This document shows positions 51,556 through 61,848 of a DNA stretch of 64,000 nt, one piece after another. The DNA comes from Candidatus Latescibacterota bacterium. Lineage in GTDB: Bacteria; Latescibacterota; UBA2968; GCA-2709665. The notes beneath the pieces are model-generated. The model was not told the DNA's origin. It worked only from the letters and a program-made list of their open reading frames with translations, and made no database searches. The DNA lies in contig OZ250150.1 in the NCBI GenBank assembly GCA_965237675.1, forward strand, positions 4,128,001 to 4,192,000, in the 5' to 3' direction. Both the position numbers and the translations under genes were made by a program. Every line of letters begins with the position of its first letter. The first letter of the stretch is position 1.

Positions 51556-52625
51556 CGACTCGAATCTCCAGGCTGACGAAGCAGATTGCCTTTCCTCGGC
51601 ACAACAACGACGTTCTCCATTACGTTACCATGAATCATAATTGGCCGGTCGGTGCCGGTTCTGTCGTTCACAATAAGGTCGAGGTTCTGGAAGTGATTGC
51701 CGCTGATCGCGATGCCCGCGCCCGTGAGCCAGAGGGGCAGACGCTCCGTGGAGTGAGGTCCCTGAACCACGTTGCCCGTGATGGACGTATTGAAGCCGCG
51801 TACATCCATCGCCAGGCCCAACATCCCACCACGGTCTACCGTTACGATATTGCCGGAAATCACATGACGCTCGGAATCGGCCCAGGATCTGAAAGCGATG
51901 TCCAGATCTCCTCCCTCGCGTACGTGAACCACGTTATTCGCCATAAGGATCGAGTTTCCAGCATCGGAACCCACCGCAACGTGGGTTCGACCCGTTATCT
52001 CCACGTAATTGCCCATCACGAATCCCGGTCCCCCCAGGAGCTCCACCGCATCCGAATTCGCATTTCCAAGACGGTTGTTCGTGACCCGCATATTCGGACC
52101 CTGCAACATAATGCCCAGCCGCTGGGCATTCAGCACCGTGCAATTCTCAACCGTAATATTGTGGGTCGGATTCGGGCAGGAGCCTCCCGGCTCGGCGCAG
52201 AATGCCTTGATGCCGTTGTACTCGAATCGCCCGTGAGAGATATTCAGGAATTCCGCACCGTTGTAAGGATTCTGATCCCGATTCTGATCTACCCAGAGGT
52301 TCCGAATCGTAACATTGCCCACGCCGTTCCCGATAATGCGTATGACGTTTGTATTCTGACCCGGCGCGAGAATCAGCCGCGTTCCCGAGCCCTGTCCAGT
52401 GAGAATCACGTTGCTGCGGTCAATAACGAGCCCCCCGAGCGTGCCCGCCACCTTACGGATGTCGTAGACGCCCTCCGCCAGAGTTACCGTGCCTCCAGAT
52501 GATGGAAGTGCTTGGATTGCTGCGTAAATTTCCTCCTGGTCACCGATTCCGTCGCCGAGGAAATCGGCCGCGGCCCTGGATTTCTCAGATGAATTTCGGG
52601 TTGCGACAATCATCGTACCTCCCAT
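51552..52625 (-). CDS. Right-handed parallel beta-helix (pectate-lyase-like) protein
   Basis: DGIGDQEEIYAAI..L...GGTVTLAEGVY cap followed by repeated I(S/T)GN/NN rungs. Confidence 0.8.
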   Translation of the reverse strand: MGGTMIVATRNSSEKSRAAADFLGDGIGDQEEIYAAIQALPSSGGTVTLAEGVYDIRKVAGTLGGLVIDRSNVILTGQGSGTRLILAPGQNTNVIRIIGNGVGNVTIRNLWVDQNRDQNPYNGAEFLNISHGRFEYNGIKAFCAEPGGSCPNPTHNITVENCTVLNAQRLGIMLQGPNMRVTNNRLGNANSDAVELLGGPGFVMGNYVEITGRTHVAVGSDAGNSILMANNVVHVREGGDLDIAFRSWADSERHVISGNIVTVDRGGMLGLAMDVRGFNTSITGNVVQGPHSTERLPLWLTGAGIAISGNHFQNLDLIVNDRTGTDRPIMIHGNVMENVVVVPRKGNLLRQPGDSSR

Positions 52626-52720
52626 ATTGTAAACGTGGCACCTCGGTCACGAGGACCGGTATCGGAACATTCCAGCGGGTCCCGTCCGACACGCCATTCC
52701 GGCGGAAACGCCAGGTTGCG

Positions 52721-55700
52721 TCAGGACGGCACCGCCGGCCGGCGGGGGATATTTAGCCGCCTTCGGCCGAGCGCCTCTTTCAGAAACCGGCCCGTATGGG
52801 ACGCATCGGACCGTACCGCTTCCTCCGGTGTGCCGGCGACAACCAGGAAACCCCCTTCTTCACCGCCTTCGGGACCCAGGTCGATAATCCAGTCCGTCGT
52901 CGCGATTACATCGAGGTTATGCTCAATTACAATGACCGTATTGCCGGCGTCCACGATTCTGTTGAGCACATCCAGAAGCTTGATTACATCGGCAATATGC
53001 AGCCCGGTGGTCGGCTCATCGAGCAGGTATAACGTGTTGCCGGTGTGAGGCCGGGCAAGTTCCCGGGCGAGTTTCACGCGTTGTGCCTCCCCGCCCGACA
53101 ACGTGGTGGACGCCTGCCCCATCTTGATATACCCCAGACCCACATCGGCCAGCGCCGTGAGTGTACGGGAGATTCCCGGCACGTTCTCAAAATGCCGAAG
53201 CGCCTCGTCGACCGTCATATCCAACACGTCGGAGACAGACCGATCCTTGTAGTGCACATTCACCACGTCCCTGTTGTACCGCTTCCCGCCACAGTCTTCG
53301 CAGGTCACCCAGACATCCGGAAGGAAATGCATCTCAATGCAGCGTGAACCAAGCCCCTTGCAGGCCTCGCAGCGGCCTTGCATGTGATTGAAGCTGAAGT
53401 GCCCGGGTGAGAACCCCCGCATCCGTGAATCCGGCAGCTGCGCGAAGAGCCTGCGCACCCTGTCGAACACTTTCACGTACGTTGCGGGGTTGCTGCGCGG
53501 TGAATACCCGATCGGCATCTGGTCGATATTGATCACCTTGTCGATGTCGTCTGTCCCCCGGATCTCGTCGTGATCGCCCGGAGTTGCTCCAACGCCGCTT
53601 ACTTTCACCGCCAGCGCCCTGTAAAGGACATCGTTCACAAGGGAGGACTTCCCCGATCCCGATACGCCCGTCACGCCGATCAGCATACCGAGCGGAAACT
53701 TCACGTTTAGATTCTTCAGATTATTATGCCGGGCACCCACCACCTCGATGTATCCTTTCACGGACACCCGCCTGGGCGACGATTCGATATCCAGCTTGCC
53801 CTTCAGATATAACGCGGTGAGGGACCCCTTACCCGCGACCAATCGCTTCGGCGGCCCCTCCGCAACCACGGTGCCGCCCAGCGAACCCGCGCCGGGGCCA
53901 AAATCCACAATATGGTCGGCCGATTCCAGTGTGTCCCGGTCGTGCTCGACGACGAGGAGCGTATTTCCCAGATCCCGAAGCTGACCCAGCGCGGCCAGCA
54001 TCCGTCGGTTGTCGCGTTGATGAAGCCCAATGGTAGGCTCATCGAGCACGTAAAGCACGCCCGTCAATCCTGATCCGATCTGGCTGGCCAGGCGGATACG
54101 CTGGGCCTCGCCGCCGGATAACGTGGGCGCCCTCCGGGACAGCGACAGGTACCCAAGCCCCACTTCGTGCAAGAATCGCAACCGGGCGCGAATTTCGTGA
54201 AGCACCTCCCCTACGGCCTGCAATTCCGCTTCCGTCAGCGGCAGTTCTTCAAACCAGCGGCGCGACATCGCAATGGGCAGATCGACCAGGTCGCATAGCG
54301 TCTCCCCGTGCAAACGGGCGGCTGCGCCTTCCGGCCTGAGTCGCGCGCCCTTACACGCAAGGCACGGCACGTCTTCGACCAGTTCGCCCATCTTCTCCCG
54401 GAACCTGGCTGAAAGCCGTACCAGTTCCTCGACCGTTTTGGACAATCCTTTGTACTGAAAACGAAGGCCGCCCAAGCCCTGTATCCACCGCTCTCCAGTG
54501 CCGTACAGCAACGTCTCCCGTGACTTCCGTCGCATTTCCGCGACCGGCGTTTCCAGGTCGAATTCGCCCAGGACGCCAACCGCACGAAACAACCCCGCGA
54601 GCGGGCCATCGACCAGTGGCCCGAGAGGCGGCACGGCCCCTTCGGACAGGGATTTCCTCGGATCGGGAATCAGCGCCCTCATCCCCATTCCCTTTTGCGT
54701 GCCCAAGCCCTCGCACGACGGACACCATCCCTCGTGGCTGTTGAACGAAAGGCGCTGGGGGGTCAATTCGTCGAAACTCCTCCCGCATCGCGGACAGGAC
54801 AGATACTGGCTGAATCTGGTCTCTTCATCATCATCCGGCGAAGCGACAATGGCGACGCCGCCGGACATCGCCAGCACCTTTTCCAATGAATCCGCAATGC
54901 GCGTCCGAACGTCGGGTTTTAGCGTGACGCGGTCCACCAGAATCTCCAGCCTGTGCGTCTGTCGGTAGTCGATCTCCTCCGGCTTGTTCAGGTCGAATAC
55001 CCGGCCGTCGAGGCGGCCGCGCAGATATCCCGCCCGCGCCGCTCTGGAAATCAACGTATTGTAGTCCTCCCCCCTGCCAGGCTGCCGGGGCGCCAGCAAG
55101 TATATCCGTCTTCCCATGCGCATCTTCAGGATTCGGCCGACGATTTCCTGTATGGCCAGGGCCCCGGCCCGCACCTGGCAGTCCGGACAATATACCTCGC
55201 CGGCCAGTGCAAACAGCGCCCTCAAATAATCGTATACTTCCGTCACCGTGCCCACGGTGGAACGCGGGTTCTTGCTGGCCGCCTTCTGCTCAATGGCAAT
55301 CGCGGGCGACAGCCCGATCACCCGGTCGACCTTTGGTTTGGGCACCTGCCCCAGAAACTGGCGTGCGTATGCCGAGAGCGATTCAACATATCGCCGCTGG
55401 CCTTCCGCAAAAACCGTATCCAGCGCCAGAGAGGACTTGCCCGATCCCGAGACACCTGAAATGACGGTCAGTTTTTCTCGAGGAATCGTCACGTTCACAT
55501 TCTGGAGATTGTGTTCCCGCGCGCCCGTAACCCGAATCTCGCGGATGAGACCCCGGCTCCCGCCGTTCCCGTCCTGTGTTCCGTCGTACGGGATGCTGGC
55601 GCCCCCCGCGTTCAATACCGAACGCAGGGCCTGTGCCGTAAACGAATGTCTGGACCTCGCCACGCTCTCGGGCCGTCCCTGGGCTACCACCCGCCCACCT

Positions 55701-58420
55701 GATTTCCCCCCGCCCGGCCCCAGGTCGATCACCCAGTCGGCCGTTTTGACGACATCCATATTGTGTTCGATCACCACCACCGTATTCCCCAGATCCACCA
55801 GCCGGTGCAGGACATTCAACAGATTCTGAATATCGGCGAAATGCAACCCCGTCGTAGGTTCATCCAGAATGTAAAGTGTACGCCCTGTCGCTCTGCGGCA
55901 CAACTCTTTAGCCAGCTTCACACGTTGGGATTCACCGCCCGACAGGGTTGGCGCCGGCTGCCCCAGTTTCACGTAGCCCATTCCCACCTCTACCAGCACC
56001 TTCAGAATCCGATGAATCTGGGGCACCGCGTCGAAAAGGGCGCACGCTTTCTCGACCTCCATGTCCAGTACGTCAGCGATGGATGCCCCCTTGAAGCAGA
56101 TATCCAGCGTCTCTCTATTGAACCGCCGGCCTTCGCAGACGACACAGGTGACCCACACGTCGGCCAGGAAATCCATCTCGACGACATTCGCGCCGTTTCC
56201 GTCGCAGGCCTCACAACGCCCACCCTTCACGTTGAAGCTGAACCGGCCCGGCTTATACCCCCTCATCCTGGACTCGGGCAGATCCGCATACAACGTCCGG
56301 ATCGGACCAAACACCCCCGTATAGGTGGCAGGATTGCTGCGTGGCGTGCGTCCGATCGGTTGCTGGTCGATCTCGATCACCTTATCCAGCGCATCCATCC
56401 CTTCAATGCTGTCGAATTCGCCCGGTTCGGATTCCGCTCGATTCAGTTCGCGCGCCAGCGTTCGGTAGACTATATCGTTGATCAAAGAACTTTTCCCCGA
56501 ACCGGATACTCCGGTCACACAAACGAACACGCCCAGGGGCAGTTCAACGTCGATTTCCTTGAGGTTGTTCTGGCGCGCGCCGCGGACGGTGAGCCGCTTA
56601 TCCTCAAGGACTCTGCGGTCCGGCACGGCAATCGATCGCTTCCCCGACAGAAAAGCTCCCGTGATGGAGTTGGCGGACAGCGCGATCTTCCGCCACGACC
56701 CGCAGGCCACCACCTCCCCTCCGAGGTGCCCGGGCCCCGGTCCGAAATCCACGAGCCAGTCGGCCCGCCGCATCGTCTCCTCGTCGTGCTCCACCACAAT
56801 GACCGTATTTCCCGCCTCCCGCAGGCTGCAGAGCGCGTCCAGAAGACGCCGGTTGTCCCGCTGGTGGAGCCCGATGGATGGCTCGTCCAGCACGTACGTG
56901 ACTCCGACCAGACCGCTGCCGATCTGCCCCGCCAGCCGGATGCGTTGCGCCTCACCGCCGGAAAGCGTGGGCGCCGTGCGATCCAGGGTCAGGTAATCCA
57001 GTCCCACATCGAGCAGGAAACGGAGCCTCCCGACGATTTCCTTAAGCGCATCCTCAGCGATCAGCCGCTGTGGCGCGGGCAAATGCAAACTCTCAAAAAA
57101 GGCAAAGGCCTCGGCAACCGACATTGCCGTGGCCGCCGGAAGCGACTTTCCTCCGATGCTGACCGCCAGGGCTTCGGCACGCAAACGGGCGCCCCGGCAA
57201 TCGGGACACCTCCCCGTCCGCATGTAAGGTCCCACCCTCCGTTTCCAGGCCGGCGACCGCGCCTCCGCGTATCTGCGCTCCAAAGGCGGAAAAATCCCTT
57301 CGAACGTATCCTGATGCAAATAGCCGCTTCCGTCGCGCCTTACCCATTCCAGCGATATGCGCGTCGACACGCCATAGAGCAGTTCCTCCCGTGCCACCGG
57401 AGAGATATCCCGCCAGCGTGTAAACACGTCGGCACCATGCCTCTTCAGCACACCGTTGTAATAGTGGATCTTCCACCTGTTCCTGGGTTCGCCCAGTGGT
57501 GCAACCGCACCTTCCATGACCGAAAGGGAATCGTCCGGAACCGACTTTTCCGGATCCAACGCGATCTGAGTACCCAAACCCTTACAGGTCGGGCACATCC
57601 CTTGGGGACTGTTGAACGAAAACAGCTGCGGTGTGGGCTCCGTTGCGCTCACTCCGCACCCGGTACAGGAAAAGTTGGAACTCAGTAACAGATCCTCACC
57701 GTCCTCAAATCCGACGATAAGCGCGCCCTGACCAAGCCTCAGACCCGCGTCTACGGCTTCCCCAATTCGGCCACGTCCGTCTGCCGGCACGACAAGCCGA
57801 TCCACGACGAGGTCGATATCGTGCCGGATATGCCGTTCAAGGCGCGGCGATTCGGTCAGCCGCACCATCCTGCCGTCGACGCGTGCCCGGAGGTAACCAT
57901 CCCGCCGGAGGTCCTCAAACAGGTCCAGGTACTCCCCTTTTCTCCCGCGTACAAGCGGCGCCATCATAAAGATCCGCCGGCCGACTCCCAGCGCCATGAT
58001 CCGGTCTACAATGCCGTCACGAGTCTGGGCGCCGACCGGCGTATCACACGATACGCAATGGGGCGTGCCGACCCTCGCGAACAGCACGCGAAGATAGTCG
58101 TAGATCTCGGTCATTGTGCCTACCGTGGACCTCGGATTCCGGACGGCCGCCTTCTGCTCGATTGAAACGGTTGGCGAAAGGCCCGTAATCTGGTCGACGT
58201 CGGGCTTTCTTATCTGTCCCAGGAATTGCCGCGCATAGGCCGAAAGAGACTCGATGTAGCGACGCTGACCCTCCGCATAAATCGTATCGAAGGCCAGCGA
58301 GGACTTTCCGGAGCCGGATACGCCGGTGAAACAGATCAGTTTATTGCGAGGCAACGCCAGGTTCACTTCCTTCAAATTGTGAACCCGAGCCCGCTTGATT
58401 AGAATATCACGTGTCTCCAT
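52721..58420 (-). CDS. uvrA: Excinuclease ABC subunit A, double-length tandem fusion
   Basis: Two complete UvrA units: four GVSGSGKSS Walker A motifs, four LSGGE(A/S)QR signatures, zinc fingers in both halves. Confidence 0.96.
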   Translation of the reverse strand: METRDILIKRARVHNLKEVNLALPRNKLICFTGVSGSGKSSLAFDTIYAEGQRRYIESLSAYARQFLGQIRKPDVDQITGLSPTVSIEQKAAVRNPRSTVGTMTEIYDYLRVLFARVGTPHCVSCDTPVGAQTRDGIVDRIMALGVGRRIFMMAPLVRGRKGEYLDLFEDLRRDGYLRARVDGRMVRLTESPRLERHIRHDIDLVVDRLVVPADGRGRIGEAVDAGLRLGQGALIVGFEDGEDLLLSSNFSCTGCGVSATEPTPQLFSFNSPQGMCPTCKGLGTQIALDPEKSVPDDSLSVMEGAVAPLGEPRNRWKIHYYNGVLKRHGADVFTRWRDISPVAREELLYGVSTRISLEWVRRDGSGYLHQDTFEGIFPPLERRYAEARSPAWKRRVGPYMRTGRCPDCRGARLRAEALAVSIGGKSLPAATAMSVAEAFAFFESLHLPAPQRLIAEDALKEIVGRLRFLLDVGLDYLTLDRTAPTLSGGEAQRIRLAGQIGSGLVGVTYVLDEPSIGLHQRDNRRLLDALCSLREAGNTVIVVEHDEETMRRADWLVDFGPGPGHLGGEVVACGSWRKIALSANSITGAFLSGKRSIAVPDRRVLEDKRLTVRGARQNNLKEIDVELPLGVFVCVTGVSGSGKSSLINDIVYRTLARELNRAESEPGEFDSIEGMDALDKVIEIDQQPIGRTPRSNPATYTGVFGPIRTLYADLPESRMRGYKPGRFSFNVKGGRCEACDGNGANVVEMDFLADVWVTCVVCEGRRFNRETLDICFKGASIADVLDMEVEKACALFDAVPQIHRILKVLVEVGMGYVKLGQPAPTLSGGESQRVKLAKELCRRATGRTLYILDEPTTGLHFADIQNLLNVLHRLVDLGNTVVVIEHNMDVVKTADWVIDLGPGGGKSGGRVVAQGRPESVARSRHSFTAQALRSVLNAGGASIPYDGTQDGNGGSRGLIREIRVTGAREHNLQNVNVTIPREKLTVISGVSGSGKSSLALDTVFAEGQRRYVESLSAYARQFLGQVPKPKVDRVIGLSPAIAIEQKAASKNPRSTVGTVTEVYDYLRALFALAGEVYCPDCQVRAGALAIQEIVGRILKMRMGRRIYLLAPRQPGRGEDYNTLISRAARAGYLRGRLDGRVFDLNKPEEIDYRQTHRLEILVDRVTLKPDVRTRIADSLEKVLAMSGGVAIVASPDDDEETRFSQYLSCPRCGRSFDELTPQRLSFNSHEGWCPSCEGLGTQKGMGMRALIPDPRKSLSEGAVPPLGPLVDGPLAGLFRAVGVLGEFDLETPVAEMRRKSRETLLYGTGERWIQGLGGLRFQYKGLSKTVEELVRLSARFREKMGELVEDVPCLACKGARLRPEGAAARLHGETLCDLVDLPIAMSRRWFEELPLTEAELQAVGEVLHEIRARLRFLHEVGLGYLSLSRRAPTLSGGEAQRIRLASQIGSGLTGVLYVLDEPTIGLHQRDNRRMLAALGQLRDLGNTLLVVEHDRDTLESADHIVDFGPGAGSLGGTVVAEGPPKRLVAGKGSLTALYLKGKLDIESSPRRVSVKGYIEVVGARHNNLKNLNVKFPLGMLIGVTGVSGSGKSSLVNDVLYRALAVKVSGVGATPGDHDEIRGTDDIDKVINIDQMPIGYSPRSNPATYVKVFDRVRRLFAQLPDSRMRGFSPGHFSFNHMQGRCEACKGLGSRCIEMHFLPDVWVTCEDCGGKRYNRDVVNVHYKDRSVSDVLDMTVDEALRHFENVPGISRTLTALADVGLGYIKMGQASTTLSGGEAQRVKLARELARPHTGNTLYLLDEPTTGLHIADVIKLLDVLNRIVDAGNTVIVIEHNLDVIATTDWIIDLGPEGGEEGGFLVVAGTPEEAVRSDASHTGRFLKEALGRRRLNIPRRPAVPS

Positions 58421-58843
58421 GAATCCATTGCTCTCCGGGGAAGATCCGTAGGTTTGGTCCTGCGGTTTCAACCTGGCAGCCTCACGGATCGAATCCACGC
58501 CAGCGACGAACCCGTTCCACCCTGAACCCGCCCCGTGAGGTTATCTCGAAGTTCGCTAAGATTCCCGATCCAGGCCTCGAATTGAATGGAGCAGGATGAC
58601 ACCGCGAAATGGCGCCTTCGCCCGTTGCCGACACACCAATATACTATTCAAATGTTCAGGTATCAAGAAAAAACGGCCGTGTACGTCCCGGACGCTAACG
58701 ACGGATACGATGATGTTTTCCGGTGGCCGGCGCCCACACGTATCCTGCCGAAGCATATCGTCAAATCCGTCCAGACGATCAAAAGCGCCCTTATCCCGTT
58801 CGGATAAAGACGCTTTGGTACTCCTTTGCGATTCTGAACGTGC

Positions 58844-59197
58844 CTATTCGGGAGGCTGGGTCTTGAAGCTGGCCACCGCACGGTCCACCGTATCGAGCGT
58901 CCGGAAAATGCCCGCGAGTTGCGTAACCATAAGGATGCTCTCGATCTTTCTCGTAATGCCCGTCAGGCGCATATCTCCGCCCGAATGCCGAACCGTGGTC
59001 AGACTGGCGGTCATGACCCCCAGCATGGAACTGCCAAACCACTTCACCTTCGAAAAATCAACCACCACCCGGCTAATGCCGTCTTTGACCAGCCGTTTAA
59101 TGTGGTCGTGAAACTCAGCCACTTCGGGACCGGACATCAAGGCGCCGGTAACCGTCAGCACCGCAACATCCTCCCGGATCTCCTCGCTAATCTTCAT
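58844..59197 (-). CDS. STAS domain anti-sigma factor antagonist
   Basis: VVVDFSKVKWFGSSMLG (DSSGLG-like), GGDMRL; 117 aa. Confidence 0.9.
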   Translation of the reverse strand: MKISEEIREDVAVLTVTGALMSGPEVAEFHDHIKRLVKDGISRVVVDFSKVKWFGSSMLGVMTASLTTVRHSGGDMRLTGITRKIESILMVTQLAGIFRTLDTVDRAVASFKTQPPE

Positions 59198-59439
59198 GGT
59201 TCATCCCCCTGGAAAGTTTCGGGTTGCCTCAGATTGCCGTGCCATTCGAATAAATGCTTAACCAGAAAAGTCGCTGCCAACCCAATATAATCTCAATTGT
59301 GCTCAGGATCAAGTCAGGAATTCACGACCGGCTGCGGCGACGGCAGTTTTCGGCTTGACAAGGCCGGGTTCGACCGGTTATATATTTGCCGCCAATCCAC
59401 CGACAAAAATACAGCACCCAGAAAGATAAGGCAAATCCT

Positions 59440-60234
59440 ATGGAACTCGGATGCAGCACCATCCTCTACGGCGGTCACGATCTTGGCGTCGCTATGGAAA
59501 GGATCCGCGCGGCAGGTTACCGGGCTATCGAACTCTGTTGTATACCGGGGATGGCGCCCCATCTGGCCATTGGCGAGAGCGCCGGATATTATCAGAATAT
59601 CAGAGCCCGCGCCGCAGATCACCATCTCGAAATCGAATCTCTCGGGGCAAGCGGCAATTTGGGCGACGACGACAGGTTTCTAGAGATACTGGACGCCGCG
59701 GCTGCCGTGGGGGCGCCCCTGGTCACAACCGGCCCGGGGGGAGAACCTGACGACGAAAATGCTTTCAAGACCACCGTCGAAAAAATCAACGCGCTGGCGG
59801 TTAAAGCCGCCGGCCGGGGTGTGAAGCTCAGCATCAAGCCTCACGTCGGCAACGCCGTCTACAACACCGGCACGGCGTTTCGTTTGATGCAGGAGGTCGA
59901 TCGACGCTGGGTCGGGATCAATTACGACGCCACCCATATCTGGCGAAGCCCTCAGCGGGAGGTGCCCGAAGAAACCATAGGCGACATCACCGACTATATC
60001 ATTTCACTCAGAATCCGCGACGTCAAAGGCCGGCAGACCGCGATAGGACCGGTTGAAAACCAGGTGGCAGGCAACGGTGATATGGATCTTCACGCACAGG
60101 TGAGCGCCTTCAAGAAGATCCGGGAACTCGAATATGCCGTTCTGGAAATCGTCGGAACGAAGGACATGGGAGTGGAGGAGATCGACGGCGTCCTGCGTCG
60201 GTCCTATAGCTACTTCAAGCCGCTTTTCTCATGA
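59440..60234 (+). CDS. Sugar phosphate isomerase/epimerase (xylose isomerase-like TIM barrel)
   Basis: GYRAIEL, IKPH, INYDATH, RDVKG, GNGDMD, LEI. Confidence 0.85.
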   Translation: MELGCSTILYGGHDLGVAMERIRAAGYRAIELCCIPGMAPHLAIGESAGYYQNIRARAADHHLEIESLGASGNLGDDDRFLEILDAAAAVGAPLVTTGPGGEPDDENAFKTTVEKINALAVKAAGRGVKLSIKPHVGNAVYNTGTAFRLMQEVDRRWVGINYDATHIWRSPQREVPEETIGDITDYIISLRIRDVKGRQTAIGPVENQVAGNGDMDLHAQVSAFKKIRELEYAVLEIVGTKDMGVEEIDGVLRRSYSYFKPLFS

Positions 60235-60322
60235 GTGGAAGCGGTCAACGGGGATGGTGGGGTCTCTTTGATCCCGACTGTTAGCGGGGCGTGTACCTTT
60301 CATTTATGTAAGGAGAATCGAT

Positions 60323-61345
60323 ATGATCCGTGTCGGTGTCATCGGCATGCATGGCATCGGCGGCAAACATGCCGAGGCATACGTGAACAACAGCAGATCG
60401 GAACTTGTGGCCGTCTGCGACCTGGTCAAAGAGCGGGCGAACAGCTCGGCACACCGTTTCGGGGCCAAACCCTTTTACAGCGTCCGGGAGATGATCGATC
60501 GTGAAGAACTGGATGCCGTAAGCGTGGCCACCGGCGGCTTTGAAAATGGCAGTGACCATTACGAGCCCGCCATACAGTGCATGGAAGCCGGCCTCGACGT
60601 CCTGTGTGAAAAACCCATCAGCAACAACATTAATCATGCCCGGCAGATGGTCGCAAAGGCGACGGAGCGCGGCGTACGGTTCGGGATAAACCTCAACCAT
60701 CGCTTTGTCCCCCCGGCAGCGAAAGCCAGGGGCTGGATCGAAGAAGGCCGCCTTGGCCACCTGTTACTCATCAACATGACCATGTGGATCGGCAACCCGA
60801 ACGAGACGTCCCCGTGGTTTCACCTTCGGGCCCTGCACCCCCACTCCATCGACATCATGCAATATTTCTGCGGCAACGTGGCACGCGTACAGGCATTCCT
60901 GAACAGAGCGCCCGGACGCAGCGGAGATAATGCCACGGTGTGCTGGTCCAACGCCCAGATCAACATGCACTTCGAAAACGACGTTGTGGGTCACCTTACC
61001 GGCAGTTACGATACCAATCCGGCGCACAACCTGGAACGTTGCGAGGTGTTGGGTAGTGAAGGTCGTTTCGTCCTTGACAATTGCTTCGAGGACCTGACCC
61101 TCTATCCCCGCCGATCCGAGGAACTCACCGTCGTGCGCAACTCCATCATGGGCGGTTTGGTCTTCGACGACACGTTTCCACGACGCATCAACCGCTGGAT
61201 CGAACAAGTGGACACAGGCGCGCCCCAATCGGAAATTGAAGGATCCGGAGAAGAAGGACTCGCTGTACAGGAAGTCATCGAAGCGGCTATCCGCTCGTGG
61301 AAGGAGCGGACGATCGCAGACGTACCAAAGGTGCCGGGAGCGTAG
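60323..61345 (+). CDS. Gfo/Idh/MocA family oxidoreductase
   Basis: VGVIGMHGIG, LCEKP, HSIDI, AAIRS. Confidence 0.92.
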   Translation: MIRVGVIGMHGIGGKHAEAYVNNSRSELVAVCDLVKERANSSAHRFGAKPFYSVREMIDREELDAVSVATGGFENGSDHYEPAIQCMEAGLDVLCEKPISNNINHARQMVAKATERGVRFGINLNHRFVPPAAKARGWIEEGRLGHLLLINMTMWIGNPNETSPWFHLRALHPHSIDIMQYFCGNVARVQAFLNRAPGRSGDNATVCWSNAQINMHFENDVVGHLTGSYDTNPAHNLERCEVLGSEGRFVLDNCFEDLTLYPRRSEELTVVRNSIMGGLVFDDTFPRRINRWIEQVDTGAPQSEIEGSGEEGLAVQEVIEAAIRSWKERTIADVPKVPGA

Positions 61346-61456
61346 CGCTGCCGCCGACCACGTATCTCCTGCGGACAACCGCTTTCGGAGGACGAATGCG
61401 GCGGCAGGGTTCGGTCTTCATGGACCGTTGCTTGAAGAGAAAGATGGTCACGACCC

Positions 61457-61848
61457 ATGGATCGTATCGGAATCGGGGTCATCAGCCTGGCTCACGGTCA
61501 CGTCGGCACCTACTGCGAGGCTATGAAAGGGTTTGAAGACGTCGACCTGGTTGCCGTGTGGGACGACAATGAATCCCGGGGCAGGCAGGCGCCGCACCAC
61601 GACACGAAAATGCCGTTCCGCTGCGCCTGATCCGCAGAGGCGACACCGAATGGACCTCGTTTCACATGCCCATCCCATCGGGTCAAGGTGAACGCATCGC
61701 CGCCGTCCCCCGTCCTTTTGTAAACTATGTCCGCGGCCTCACCGACGAAGCCATTTCAGCCGAAGAGGGCAGGGTTTCCGTCGAAATGGTGCTGGGCGCA
61801 TATCAATCCAGCATCGAAGGCCGCCGGATCGTTTTTCCAGTTATATAG
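61457..61848 (+). pseudogene. Gfo/Idh/MocA oxidoreductase remnant with large internal deletion
   Basis: N-terminus MDRIGIGVISLAHGHV...VAVWDD (61457-) is joined near 61590, in another frame, to the C-terminus ...ISAEEGRVSVEMVLGAYQSSIEGRRIVFP*. Confidence 0.75.

Noticed and set aside
55763-57688. 641-aa plus-strand ORF inside uvrA, and similar ones at 48866..50083, 46476..47432 and 18821..19951
   Set aside because: Antisense frames of GC-rich conserved genes, where stop-poor shadows are expected; no recognisable domains
58499-58843. LexA/SOS box upstream of uvrA
   Set aside because: GAAC/GTTC half-sites are present but not at a recognised spacing
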